Origin: an uncultured Chloroflexia bacterium
Lineage (GTDB): Bacteria > Chloroflexota > Anaerolineae > Anaerolineales > UBA4823
Assembly (NCBI GenBank): GCA_963842455.1
Contig: CAWJHE010000009.1
Location: 18,485 to 82,484 of the forward strand
DNA length: 64,000 bases
Direction: 5' to 3'
Part shown: one piece after another, positions 49,006-58,430 of the stretch
How positions within the stretch are numbered: the first letter of the stretch is position 1
How the letters are laid out: each line of letters starts with the position of its first letter
Program-made: the position numbers and the translations under genes
The notes under the pieces: model-generated
Told to the model about the DNA's origin: nothing
Seen by the model: only the letters and a program-made list of their open reading frames with translations
The model's database searches: none

Positions 49006-49665
49006 ATGAACCTTCTAGAAAACGTGATTGGCGCAGCACAAATTGCCAGCCTTTTATTCCTCTCGCCACTGCTCCGCTCCCGGTATAACCGTTGGGGAGC
49101 CAGCGATAAAGAAATCCAAGAAACGCTGCCAGGCGATGAACTGGTCCCTGACCCCATGCTTGGCTATACCCATGCCATCAGTATCGCCGCGCCGCCCTCA
49201 GCCATTTGGCCCTGGTTGGTACAGATTGGGCAGGGGCGAGGCGGCTTATACAGCTACGATGGATTGGAAAACCTGGCTGGCTGTAAGATCCACAGCGTTG
49301 ATATGATCTTGCCAGAGCACCAGAATCCCAACCCTGGCGACCTGGTTCGCCTCGGCCCTCAGGGTTATCCTTGCTTTTCGATCGCCGCGATCGAGAACTG
49401 TAGAGCTCTGGTACTTGTCAGCGCAGACCCGAAGACCGGCGAGCCCGGAAACGACAAACCTCGAATAGAAAAAGGCTATAGCATCGCCTCCTGGCAATTC
49501 GCACTGGAACCCGAAGATGCACAAAACACCCGTCTGATGGTGCGCCAACGCCTGGCGTACAGCCCCGACATGGCCTGGGTTTGGCGATTGACTGAGCCGA
49601 TTAATTTTGTCATGGAACGCAAGATGCTTTTGGGGATCAAACAAAGAGTTAAGCAGAATCAATAA
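49006..49665 (+). CDS. SRPBCC-superfamily (START/Bet v1-like) protein
   Basis: The 219-aa product contains PPSAIWPWLVQIGQGRGGLYSYDGLEN and ...TRLMVRQR, typical of SRPBCC ligand-binding proteins. It lies 16 nt after the phosphatase gene. Confidence 0.6.
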   Translation: MNLLENVIGAAQIASLLFLSPLLRSRYNRWGASDKEIQETLPGDELVPDPMLGYTHAISIAAPPSAIWPWLVQIGQGRGGLYSYDGLENLAGCKIHSVDMILPEHQNPNPGDLVRLGPQGYPCFSIAAIENCRALVLVSADPKTGEPGNDKPRIEKGYSIASWQFALEPEDAQNTRLMVRQRLAYSPDMAWVWRLTEPINFVMERKMLLGIKQRVKQNQ

Positions 49666-49802
49666 AATAACCCTTCTCAAGAAGCTTCAACCTGTATACC
49701 TTTTTTTGAAGATTTGAGTATATAATAATCCTGGGTCGTATAAAATTGAAAACTGTTCCCCTGGACAAAATAATTTCTCTTGGATGATCACCACATTCCA
49801 AG

Positions 49803-51629
49803 ATGGGTGGTATTAAAATGCCAGGTACAGGTGTAGAAATCGGATTATCTCTTTTACTTATTTCGCCATTAATCTTTAGCGCTGTCCTCGGACCGATCCT
49901 GGCGTTCATCATTTACCGCAACAAGGATGCGCCCGGAGCCAGACCGTTAATTGCGATGCTTTTGGCAGCTTCTCTTTGGTCCATCGGATATGCCTTAGAA
50001 ATGCTCAGCCAGGATTTTACCAGTACCTTTTTTTGGGCCAGGATCCAATACTTGGGCATCGCTATCCTTCCCCTAACCTGGCATCTTTTTGCAATCCAAT
50101 ACCTGGGTAATCGCAAATGGTCTTTACGATCGAGAATATACCGCCTTATGACGGTTCTGATCCCCAGTGCGACCATTCTCCTTGTTTGGACAAATGAAGC
50201 TCATAGGCTCGTGTGGACACAAACAGGGCTACTTGCAATCGGGCCTTTTCAAATATTGGATGTAGAGTACGGGCCATGGTTCTGGGTTCATATTACTTAT
50301 GTGTATAGCCTCATGCTGATCGCGTCTGTCCGCCTGATCGAAGGTTTAGTTAGATCAGTTCGCCACCATCGTTGGCAAATCCTTGTCGTTTTACTGGCTG
50401 TTGTTTTCCCCTGGCTGGGCAACCTGGTGTATCTCACAGACATCAATCCGGTCCCAGGCTGGGATTGGACGCCGTTCGCTTTCACGCTATCAGGTATTTT
50501 ATTCACCTTCAGCCTTTTGCAATTCAACATTGTGAGGATTATTCCAATTGCCCAACAAACAGTATTTGCAGGTTTGCCAGAGAGTGTTTTTGTCTTAGAT
50601 CTGCAGGACTGTATTGTTGATTTGAACAATGCTGCCAGAAAATTAATTAACGAACCGCTTTACAACCCATTGGGGAACCACTTTTCAGTGGTCTTACCGC
50701 AATTTATAACCTGGATCGAGGCTGCCAAAACAAGAGGGGATCAGCAATTTGAAGTTAGCATGGGTAAAGAGCCTGGTACCCTATTCTATGACTTGTCGAT
50801 ATCAACAATCACCAATGCAGACAATCAACCTATTGGCTGGTTGGTTGTCTTACATGACATTACACAACAAAAAAATATTCAACGGCAACTTGAAAAAGCC
50901 CGATTAGAGCTGGAACAAATCGTTGCTCAAAAAACTGAAGATTTAAGAAATACCATCAACCAATTGCAGTCATTGACATCCCGACTGAATGATATTCGAG
51001 AGTCTGAGCGTCAGGAGATTGCATCCTATTTGCACGACCAGGTTGGGCAAAACCTGACCGGGCTGAATCTAAACCTTCAGATTTTAGAAAACCAGCTATC
51101 CTCAATGCCGGACCAGGACTTGACCTCTCGATTGATAGATTCAAGGAAACTGGTTGAAGAAACTACCCGGATGGTGCGACAGTTCATGGTCGACCTGCAC
51201 CCTCCAATATTGGACGACTATGGCCTGGTACCAGCATTGAAATGGTATAGCAATCAATTTTCATCACGCACCGAAATCCCCGTACAGGTAACTGCCAGCG
51301 AGGACATTCCCGACCTGCCCAAGAAGACAGAACTGATTTTATTCCGGATCGTTCAAGAAATTCTCAATAATGTTGCCAAGCATGCCCAAGCTTCCCAGGT
51401 GAAAATTTCTTTAGAAAACATCCCGGGGGAACTGATTTTGCGTGTCAGGGACAATGGGATAGGCTTTGACCCGGCTGCCCCCGCTGACCCAGATCAGTTG
51501 ACCCATTGGGGGTTAATTCACATCAATCAAATGGCAGACTCGATTGGGGGAAAGTTGGAGATCATTTCAGCAAAAAGTGCGGGGACGCAGGTATTTGTGA
51601 GACTGTTAAGAAGGCAAAATGAGCATTAA
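49803..51629 (+). CDS. Sensor histidine kinase with N-terminal 7TM sensor domain, PAS, HisKA_3, HATPase_c
   Basis: About seven N-terminal hydrophobic helices come first. The PAS-like region reads VFVLDLQDCIVDLNNAA. The H-box is ERQEIASYLHDQVGQNLTGL, and the ATPase region includes EILNNVAKHA and RDNGIGF. Confidence 0.85.
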   Translation: MGGIKMPGTGVEIGLSLLLISPLIFSAVLGPILAFIIYRNKDAPGARPLIAMLLAASLWSIGYALEMLSQDFTSTFFWARIQYLGIAILPLTWHLFAIQYLGNRKWSLRSRIYRLMTVLIPSATILLVWTNEAHRLVWTQTGLLAIGPFQILDVEYGPWFWVHITYVYSLMLIASVRLIEGLVRSVRHHRWQILVVLLAVVFPWLGNLVYLTDINPVPGWDWTPFAFTLSGILFTFSLLQFNIVRIIPIAQQTVFAGLPESVFVLDLQDCIVDLNNAARKLINEPLYNPLGNHFSVVLPQFITWIEAAKTRGDQQFEVSMGKEPGTLFYDLSISTITNADNQPIGWLVVLHDITQQKNIQRQLEKARLELEQIVAQKTEDLRNTINQLQSLTSRLNDIRESERQEIASYLHDQVGQNLTGLNLNLQILENQLSSMPDQDLTSRLIDSRKLVEETTRMVRQFMVDLHPPILDDYGLVPALKWYSNQFSSRTEIPVQVTASEDIPDLPKKTELILFRIVQEILNNVAKHAQASQVKISLENIPGELILRVRDNGIGFDPAAPADPDQLTHWGLIHINQMADSIGGKLEIISAKSAGTQVFVRLLRRQNEH

Positions 51630-52266
51630 AGTTTTGATTGCAGACGATCATGCTATCGTGAGAGATGGCTTGAGCGCTTTATTAAGAAGTCGCTCAGGGT
51701 TGGATGTGATTGATTACGCAGTAAACGGGCTGGAGGTTATTGAAAAAGCGATCAATTTACGCCCGGATGTGATTATCATGGACATCTCCATGCCCGAGCT
51801 GAATGGCATTATTGCCACCCAACGCATCCTGGATGGGTATCCAGATGCCCGTATCATCATGCTTTCCATCTTAGGTGATCCTGAACACATCTTTCAAGCC
51901 CTCCAGTCCGGAGCTTATGGCTACCTGTTAAAGGAAACCGCGGGACGTGAAGTGATCGATGCTGTAGTAGCCGTTTTCTCTGGAAAAATTTACCTTTCTC
52001 AACCCGTGATGCAAACCCTGATCAGGGACTATATCTTCCACCGAAGTTTACCGGACAAGAAGAGCCCTCTAGATCAGCTCAGCTTCCGAGAGCGAGAAGT
52101 GCTGCAAGGGGTTATGGAAGGAAAAACAAGTACAGAGATCGCCAAAATTCTGTTCCTTTCTCCAAAAACAGTAGAAACCTATCGAAGCCGGGTTATGAAA
52201 AAGCTGGACGTGCCAGACTTGCCCAGCCTGATCAAATATGTGGTTAAGGAAGGCATGCTGTCCTGA
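51619..52266 (+). CDS. NarL/LuxR-family response regulator
   Basis: The receiver reads KVLIADDH...[14 protein letters not shown]. The HTH reads [43 protein letters not shown]. It overlaps the kinase gene by 11 nt. Confidence 0.9.
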   Translation: MSIKVLIADDHAIVRDGLSALLRSRSGLDVIDYAVNGLEVIEKAINLRPDVIIMDISMPELNGIIATQRILDGYPDARIIMLSILGDPEHIFQALQSGAYGYLLKETAGREVIDAVVAVFSGKIYLSQPVMQTLIRDYIFHRSLPDKKSPLDQLSFREREVLQGVMEGKTSTEIAKILFLSPKTVETYRSRVMKKLDVPDLPSLIKYVVKEGMLS

Positions 52267-52385
52267 GCCTGTAAGGGCAAAGAATCTCACTTTCCCTACA
52301 GGTAGAACCCAGCTTTCCTTCCCGCGCAACACCCACCATTGCACAAAAGACATAACAGCTCCGCCTGCTACCCCAAGACCGGCTG

Positions 52386-52568
52386 TCAACATAGGACTAT
52401 ACCTTGCGGCTGTTCGTTCATGGTTTGGTTTGAAGGTGCAGCCTGCGCGGCCAGGTCCATCAGCGTCGATGACAAGTAGCCGAGCACATAGGTCAGCAAT
52501 GCTCCTATCAGGGTAGCCAACCACCAATCCCGGCGGGCGATATTCGGAAACCTTTGATCCTTGAACAT
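52386..52568 (-). CDS. Possible small membrane protein, perhaps the 5' part of a frameshifted gene
   Basis: The 60-aa ORF contains a TM-like stretch RRDWWLATLIGALLTYVLGYL. A second TM-like stretch (TAGLGVAGGAVMSFVQWWVLRGK) follows in another frame. I see no RBS or family match. Confidence 0.25.
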   Translation of the reverse strand: MFKDQRFPNIARRDWWLATLIGALLTYVLGYLSSTLMDLAAQAAPSNQTMNEQPQGIVLC

Positions 52569-52815
52569 ATGCCATATTCAACATAGCCAAGATGTCATTT
52601 TTTATCAATAAGTTGAAAATGTCCTGATTAATCATGCTATAATTAATCTATAATTTGTCTAGATCAATTTGGGTTAGCTTAACAACCTGGATAGAATCTA
52701 CTTCAAATTTATATGGGACAAAAATGGGGGAATGGCAGAACACGGAGATTGTAATTCTGTAAATTTTTCCTGGGCGCTTTGTGGGCATATTTAATTAAAT
52801 AGAAAGGAAAAACAA

Positions 52816-53658
52816 ATGTTCAGGCATTTCAGAATCACGAAACGAATATATCTCGGTGCAGGACTTGTTTTGATCCTGGCCGTCCTGGCTCTAACCGGTC
52901 AAGCCTTAGCCATTACCTGGGGTGAGCCAGATGCTGACAATACCTACTCAAATGTCGGCGCCATCGTCCTGGATAGACCAGAACGAGAACCATCTCAATT
53001 TTGCACGGGGACACTGATTGCGCCCACCGTTTTTCTGACCGCCGGGCACTGCACCGATTACCTGGAAGAACTGATCAGCGAGGGACTCATCACCCAGGCG
53101 ATGATCAAGGTAAGCTTCGATCATGAAGACATTTTCGACCCTGAGGGTTGGATCGAGATTGCACAAATAGTCACCCACCCACAGTATGGGACAACCGAGA
53201 ATAACAACCCGCATGATGTAGCCGTTCTTATCCTGGCTGAGTCCCTTGACCTGCCCCTGGCCACATTACCCGAGCTGGGTTACCTGGAGCAGCTCAAACG
53301 AAACAAAGTGCTGGGAGATGGACACGAAAAAGCGCAAATTATCGTAGCAGGTTACGGCACGACCATCGATTGGCCGCCGCCAGACGTGCTGGATAATGGT
53401 CCCAACCGTTGGTTTGCCTATTCAGAATACCGGGCGATTATGAAACCCTGGCTATTAATGTCGCAGAACCATATCATCGGCAACGCGGGCACCTGCTTTG
53501 GCGATTCAGGCGGACCAGCTTTTATCGATTACGGCGGTGAGCTGGTATTGGTAGGCATCACCTCTTGGGGCGATCCAAACTGCGTGGCTACCGGCTTTGA
53601 TTACCGGGTGGATATCGCCGAGACCTTGGATTTCATCGGTCCGTTTATCAATCCATGA
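52816..53658 (+). CDS. Secreted trypsin-like serine protease (S1 family)
   Basis: A signal peptide precedes the catalytic triad contexts LTAGHC, HDVAVLIL and CFGDSGGPAF. Confidence 0.85.
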   Translation: MFRHFRITKRIYLGAGLVLILAVLALTGQALAITWGEPDADNTYSNVGAIVLDRPEREPSQFCTGTLIAPTVFLTAGHCTDYLEELISEGLITQAMIKVSFDHEDIFDPEGWIEIAQIVTHPQYGTTENNNPHDVAVLILAESLDLPLATLPELGYLEQLKRNKVLGDGHEKAQIIVAGYGTTIDWPPPDVLDNGPNRWFAYSEYRAIMKPWLLMSQNHIIGNAGTCFGDSGGPAFIDYGGELVLVGITSWGDPNCVATGFDYRVDIAETLDFIGPFINP

Positions 53659-53673
53659 TGATGAAATAATCGG

Positions 53674-54162
53674 ATGACGTTGGAAGAACAGAAATCCAAA
53701 TTAATAGTCGAGTTAGTTTCAGCGCGCTCTCGGATATTGCAAGCAGCTATCGAGATTCCTGCTGAGCGTGTGGACGAAATTTTCTTGGGTACCTGGACGA
53801 TAAAGCACCTGCTGGCGCACCTAAAAGGATGGGATCTCACCAACCTGCAGGCGATCCAGGAAATCCTGACAGGTAAACCACCTACGTTCTTCAATCAGTA
53901 TGATCCGGATTGGCAAACTTATAACCAGTCGCTAATCGAGCAGTATTTACGCCCATCACTTGCCGATCTTCTGGTAGATGTGCAGGCATCCCATCTTAAA
54001 TTGACCGGGTATCTAGGTTCACTCTCAGCCAGGGATATCATGCATGGCAAAGTGAAGCGAGAGACTGGGCGAGTGGTAACCGTGCGCAATCTGCTTCGTG
54101 TAGAAGCGCGCGACGAGATAAAGCACGCAGAACAAATAGCGGAGTACTTCTTTCTAAAGTGA
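53674..54162 (+). CDS. DinB-family (four-helix-bundle) protein
   Basis: The 162-aa product contains WTIKHLLAHLKGWD and a C-terminal EARDEIKHAEQI, consistent with the DinB/DinB_2-like His-containing helices. The assignment is tentative. Confidence 0.55.
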   Translation: MTLEEQKSKLIVELVSARSRILQAAIEIPAERVDEIFLGTWTIKHLLAHLKGWDLTNLQAIQEILTGKPPTFFNQYDPDWQTYNQSLIEQYLRPSLADLLVDVQASHLKLTGYLGSLSARDIMHGKVKRETGRVVTVRNLLRVEARDEIKHAEQIAEYFFLK

Positions 54163-54172
54163 TCAGAAACAA

Positions 54173-54204
54173 AGGGCTTGTGCTCGTAAAGCTGCCCAAG
54201 CCCT
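54173..54204. terminator. Weak hairpin between convergent genes
   Basis: AGGGCTTG pairs with CAAGCCCT across a 16-nt loop. The T-run (TAATTTTTT) lies 12 nt downstream, so this is a weak candidate only. Confidence 0.25.
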
Positions 54205-54266
54205 AAATACATCTAATTTTTTACCAGGTCAGTGTTTCGGTATTACACCTGTCGTTATGGTGAACC

Positions 54267-55356
54267 TCAGTATCTCAATATCAAGGCAATCCGGCTGTGA
54301 GCATCCAGCTCACCATTCTCCAGGAAAACCACCTCGCCGCCTTTCTCTAACACAGTAGTAATCACTTCATCTACCGCATCATCCAAGACATCGGGGGCTT
54401 CAATATCATCTGCTGGGCTTATCTGCAAACCACTTTCATCTACCTTGGCCGGATAGTGGAAATCCTCTTCAACCAATAAAAGCCTGCCCCGCCCAGCCTG
54501 CGCCATTTGCCAGACATCACTTATGGTTGAAGCAAATTTTCTTTCCCCAACTGCCTGATCAAGATCCTCCAGATATTTCTGGCGCTCTTTAGCCAGAGCC
54601 TTCTTAACCACAGGCCAAACTAATTCCCCCAATTCATGTGCTGGGGTTGTGTCATGGCTGCCCTCCAGGGTAGCGGAAATCGCATCTTTATGATCGCTGA
54701 CCTCGCTAAAGAATGCCAGGTAACGATCCACCCCCACCACAATTAAAGGCAGTGGATCATCTAGCAAAAAGGGCCTCAAAGCCGCATCTACCTGGCGGAA
54801 GAATTGGCGGTGACGCTCATCACGGACCTGGGATTTTTTGATCCCAAAGCCTCCGGGCAGCGGCGATTCGCCTCCCGGGCCGGTATGGGTCAGCGGAAAA
54901 CCTTCCTCTTTCACCTCGATTAAAGGTTTCACGCGTACCTTCGATATAAACGGGTTGGTTGTTCGCTCAGTACCAGCGTCCAGTAACGTGGCGTTCGGTT
55001 CATAGCATAAGATCAGGTCACGCGTAAAAAATGTTTCATCAACCACCACGCGTTCTTTTAGCGAAAAAGGCAGGAATAGATGCACGCCCGAAATCACGAT
55101 TCACAAATAATACCAACCCATCCAGGGAATAGCGATAATCAATCGTTTCGACTAGCTCATCCAGTCGAGACAATAAAGGCTCAATTTCACGTTTTGAAAA
55201 TTCGGCCAATAAGCGTTCTTGCGCTTCAGCCACCAGGTTACTCACCCGGATCGGATCTTGCCGGTTCTCTGGTGAGGTACGGTGTGTCGGTAAAGTAATC
55301 GTCAATGCCGGATAACCGCTATTTTTCTGTAACAACTTAACATCGTGTCTGTTCAT
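54267..55356 (-). CDS. Bacterial eRF1-like (baeRF-type) protein, frameshifted as sequenced at the CCC run 55087-55089
   Basis: The joined sequence reads MNRHDVKLLQKNSGYPALTITLPTHRTSPENRQDPIRVSNL...GLVLFVNRDF-GVHLFLPFSLKERVVVDETFFTRDL... A Gly-rich loop THTGPGGESPLPGGFG...RHRQFFRQVDAAL follows. The C-terminal region ...RGRLLLVEEDFHYPA..VDEVITTVLEKGGEVVFL resembles eRF1/Pelota domain 3. The family assignment comes from remembered sequence patterns, not a search. Confidence 0.55.
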
Positions 55357-55376
55357 TCTTACTTACTCCTTTCTAT

Positions 55377-56465
55377 CTACACAGGAATTGCAGGAAAAAC
55401 CCAAACCAAAATCAGGACTGCTATGATCAAGATGCCAAAAACCAGATAGGTAAATAGAACCCCAAAAGATAATAGCCTTTTTTGCCAGGTCACTGGGTTG
55501 CTGATTAATGCTGATGATAGCATTTTGCGGAATGTAATGCCTTCGTATAATTTAATTTGATCCTGGATTTCCTGCTTTTCCTTCTCTAATTCTGTCAGCT
55601 GTAGGCGAGCTTCTGTCTGTTTAGCTACGGCTGCAGACACCTGCTCGGCTTCACGAACGCCTATCGATTGCAAGCTTTTTTCAAAGACTTCATGAGCATT
55701 GTTTTTTTCTTCTTGAAGCTGCTTTATTTGAGTCGCATACTGTTCTTCAATAGCTACTAGCTGTTCTTCGGATAATGCATCAGGTTGAGTTTTTCGCAAG
55801 TCATGTTCCAGTATATCTCGCCATCTTACCAGGCTGAGCGCTTTTGATTCTCCAAAGCTGGGTATGGCTTGAATGGCCTCGCTGTTAATATCCAATGCCG
55901 TGTAAATACCAGCCGCAAGCAGTTTGTCAACCAGAACCTCACCAATGCCCGGAATATCCGTTGGGTCAAGTTGGTTTGCTTTTAGACCAGCCTCTAGATG
56001 AGCATTTTGCAATTGTTGTAAGGCTGTTTTTCGCTGGTGCTCTTGAGCGATCATCAATTCATTCGCCTGGATTTCCAGATTTCTGTTCAGGATGTTGAGT
56101 TCCTGGCGCTCTTCTTCTTGTTTCTCTCGCGATTCCTGGCGAATTTTCTCTTCCTGCTGCATCGCTTCTGTCAGATTTTCCTGGGCTCTTTCAACTCTTT
56201 TTTGAACTTTTTTTAATTGGCGCACAAAGTTACGTTTTCCTTTGACTTCAGACCTGCTCGAGTAGGAAAACCCCAAAACAATCAAAGAGATGATCAGAAA
56301 AAAAGCGGCGATGGCTGTTAAAGTTTTCAAGAATATGATGAACTGGGAGCCACCCCACAAATAAATTGCACCAGAGGCTATCCCCAATACACCCAGGAAA
56401 AAAGTCGTCCACAGAATAAATTGCCTGGTCTTTGGCATTTGGTTCGAAAAGTTTACCGGCAACAT
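55377..56465 (-). CDS. Membrane-anchored coiled-coil protein with central helix-hairpin-helix motifs
   Basis: Two N-terminal TM helices and one C-terminal TM helix are present. Long Glu/Gln/Lys-rich heptad-like stretches flank IPGIGEVLVDKLLAAGIYTALDI...IPSFGESKALSLVRW, which are HhH-like motifs. It lies 21 nt upstream of the eRF1-like gene on the same strand. Confidence 0.6.
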   Translation of the reverse strand: MLPVNFSNQMPKTRQFILWTTFFLGVLGIASGAIYLWGGSQFIIFLKTLTAIAAFFLIISLIVLGFSYSSRSEVKGKRNFVRQLKKVQKRVERAQENLTEAMQQEEKIRQESREKQEEERQELNILNRNLEIQANELMIAQEHQRKTALQQLQNAHLEAGLKANQLDPTDIPGIGEVLVDKLLAAGIYTALDINSEAIQAIPSFGESKALSLVRWRDILEHDLRKTQPDALSEEQLVAIEEQYATQIKQLQEEKNNAHEVFEKSLQSIGVREAEQVSAAVAKQTEARLQLTELEKEKQEIQDQIKLYEGITFRKMLSSALISNPVTWQKRLLSFGVLFTYLVFGILIIAVLILVWVFPAIPV

Positions 56466-56602
56466 GCTCTCCTCCTTTAATAATAGCCAGGTTCAAGACA
56501 AAATGCAAACTTCAAAAGTTCTTTTTGATACTCAATCCCTCGGATATTTCTGCTTTGCCAACGATGTGTGATTAGCTTATCCTCATCTGGCAAAGTCTTT
56601 TT

Positions 56603-58378
56603 TTATAAGGGCCAGAAAATCAAAATCAAAGGAATGGCAGTTACAACAACCAGGATTTCCAGCAACAAACCCATACGCCAGTAATCGCCAAATTTGTATC
56701 CTCCAGGTCCCATTACCAATGTGTTCGATTGGTGACCAATTGGCGTAAGGAAAGCACAAGAAGCTCCGATGGCAATTGCGATTAAAAACGGATCAACGGA
56801 AACGCCCATTCCTTCCGCTATCCGAATGCCAATCGGCGCCATCAATACCACAGCTGCAGCGTTGTTGACCAGGTCTGAAAGGAACATTGTCGCCACCAGG
56901 GCTATCACCAGTATACCCGCAGCCGGCATAATACCGGAAAGGTTCAACAAAGAATTAGCAATCAGTTGCGCGCCGCCTGTCATTTCCAGAGCTTCGCCTA
57001 CCGGAATCATGGCGCCCAGCAAGATGATAATAGGCCAATCGATGCTCTGGTAAGCCTCACCCAGGGTGAGGATTTTGGTCATGACCATCAAGACTGCGGC
57101 TGCCACAAAAGAAATCTGGACCGGGATCAGACCGAATGCAGAAGCTAATAAGGCTGCCCCAAAAATCAAGAGTGTGGTCAATATCTTGCGCGTTTGCCCT
57201 ATTCGTAAGCCCCGCCCGGCTAAAGGCAAACAGCCCAAAGTTTCAACCGTTTCTTTCATCATTTCGCTATGACACTGTATGAGTAAGACATCACCATTCC
57301 GAAAGCGAATTCGATCCAGACGGCTTCTCATAATCTGACCTTGTCGAGATATTGCCAATAAATTGACTCCATAAGTTGCTCGCAAGTTTAGACTTTTTGC
57401 CGTGCCGCCCAGCATGATGGAATTCGGCATAATCACCGCTTCCAGCAAACAGATGTCTTCTGATTCCAAATCCTCTTGACCTAACTTCTCGCTTCCAACC
57501 AGTACCAGGCCAACATCTCCCACCAATTTCTTGATATTTTCCGTATCCGAACTCAGGATCAGGATATCCTCTGCCCGTAAAATGGTACGCGGTGAGGGCT
57601 CCATCCTTCTCTCGCGACCTCGAACCAGACCAATGATGATGGTTTCAGCCTTGGAAAAATCAGAGATTTCCCGGATAGCTTTTCCCACCAGCTTTGAGCC
57701 TTCCGGGAGGCGTACTTCGGTCACATAATTCTCTATCTCAAATAAATTAATCATTGTGGCTTTACTGCGTCTGTCAGGGATTAAGCGCCAGCCAATCAAA
57801 ACAATGAATAGCAGACCCACAATAGCAACCCCCACTCCGACCGGCGAGAAGTCGAACATGCCGAAAGGCTCAGCCCCAGTTTCCTGCCGAAATGATGAGA
57901 CAATGATATTGGGTGGTGTGCCTATCAGGGTGGTCATTCCACCCAATAGGGAAGCAAAAGCAATTGGCATCAACAGGGTTGAAGCTCGCATTTGCTTTTT
58001 ATGAGCCAATTCCAGTACTACGGGTAAAAGAAGCGCCAACGCACCCACATTGTTCATAAAAGCAGACAAGATGGTGATCATCCCGGTCAGAGCAAACAAC
58101 TGAACTGTGATACCCCCCTTAAGACGTCCAAGCCATTGCCCAATCCATTCGACAATGCCAGAATTTTGCAATCCGCGGCTCAGCACCAAAACAGCAGCCA
58201 CCGTTATCACAGCCGGGTTGCTGAAACCCATAAATGCCCTTTCAACCGGTATAAGTCCGGTTAAAGTGACGATTAACAGCGCCAGAAGCGCAACAATATC
58301 ATAGCGCCAACGTCCTGTGATGAATAATACCAGTGTAAGTATAAGGGTTCCGAAAATAATCCATTGTTCTATGTTCAT
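56603..58378 (-). CDS. SLC13/DASS-family anion permease with two internal TrkA-C (RCK_C) domains
   Basis: The 591-aa polytopic protein has a central soluble insert with two RCK_C-like repeats (VTEVRLPEGSKLVGKAIREI...IIGLVRG and LLEAVIMPNSIMLGGTAKSLNLR...LLAISRQG). Confidence 0.75.
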   Translation of the reverse strand: MNIEQWIIFGTLILTLVLFITGRWRYDIVALLALLIVTLTGLIPVERAFMGFSNPAVITVAAVLVLSRGLQNSGIVEWIGQWLGRLKGGITVQLFALTGMITILSAFMNNVGALALLLPVVLELAHKKQMRASTLLMPIAFASLLGGMTTLIGTPPNIIVSSFRQETGAEPFGMFDFSPVGVGVAIVGLLFIVLIGWRLIPDRRSKATMINLFEIENYVTEVRLPEGSKLVGKAIREISDFSKAETIIIGLVRGRERRMEPSPRTILRAEDILILSSDTENIKKLVGDVGLVLVGSEKLGQEDLESEDICLLEAVIMPNSIMLGGTAKSLNLRATYGVNLLAISRQGQIMRSRLDRIRFRNGDVLLIQCHSEMMKETVETLGCLPLAGRGLRIGQTRKILTTLLIFGAALLASAFGLIPVQISFVAAAVLMVMTKILTLGEAYQSIDWPIIILLGAMIPVGEALEMTGGAQLIANSLLNLSGIMPAAGILVIALVATMFLSDLVNNAAAVVLMAPIGIRIAEGMGVSVDPFLIAIAIGASCAFLTPIGHQSNTLVMGPGGYKFGDYWRMGLLLEILVVVTAIPLILIFWPL

Positions 58379-58430
58379 GGTCCACCCATCTCGACAGTGC
58401 AGTTTCAGGATTCAGTAAACAGCCAGATTA

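Noticed and set aside
52069-52635. A 188-aa minus-strand ORF
   Set aside because: It overlaps the 3' end of the well-supported response regulator gene by about 200 nt. It has no RBS and mixes one plausible TM stretch with nonsense. Only a possible broken small gene is retained, at low confidence.
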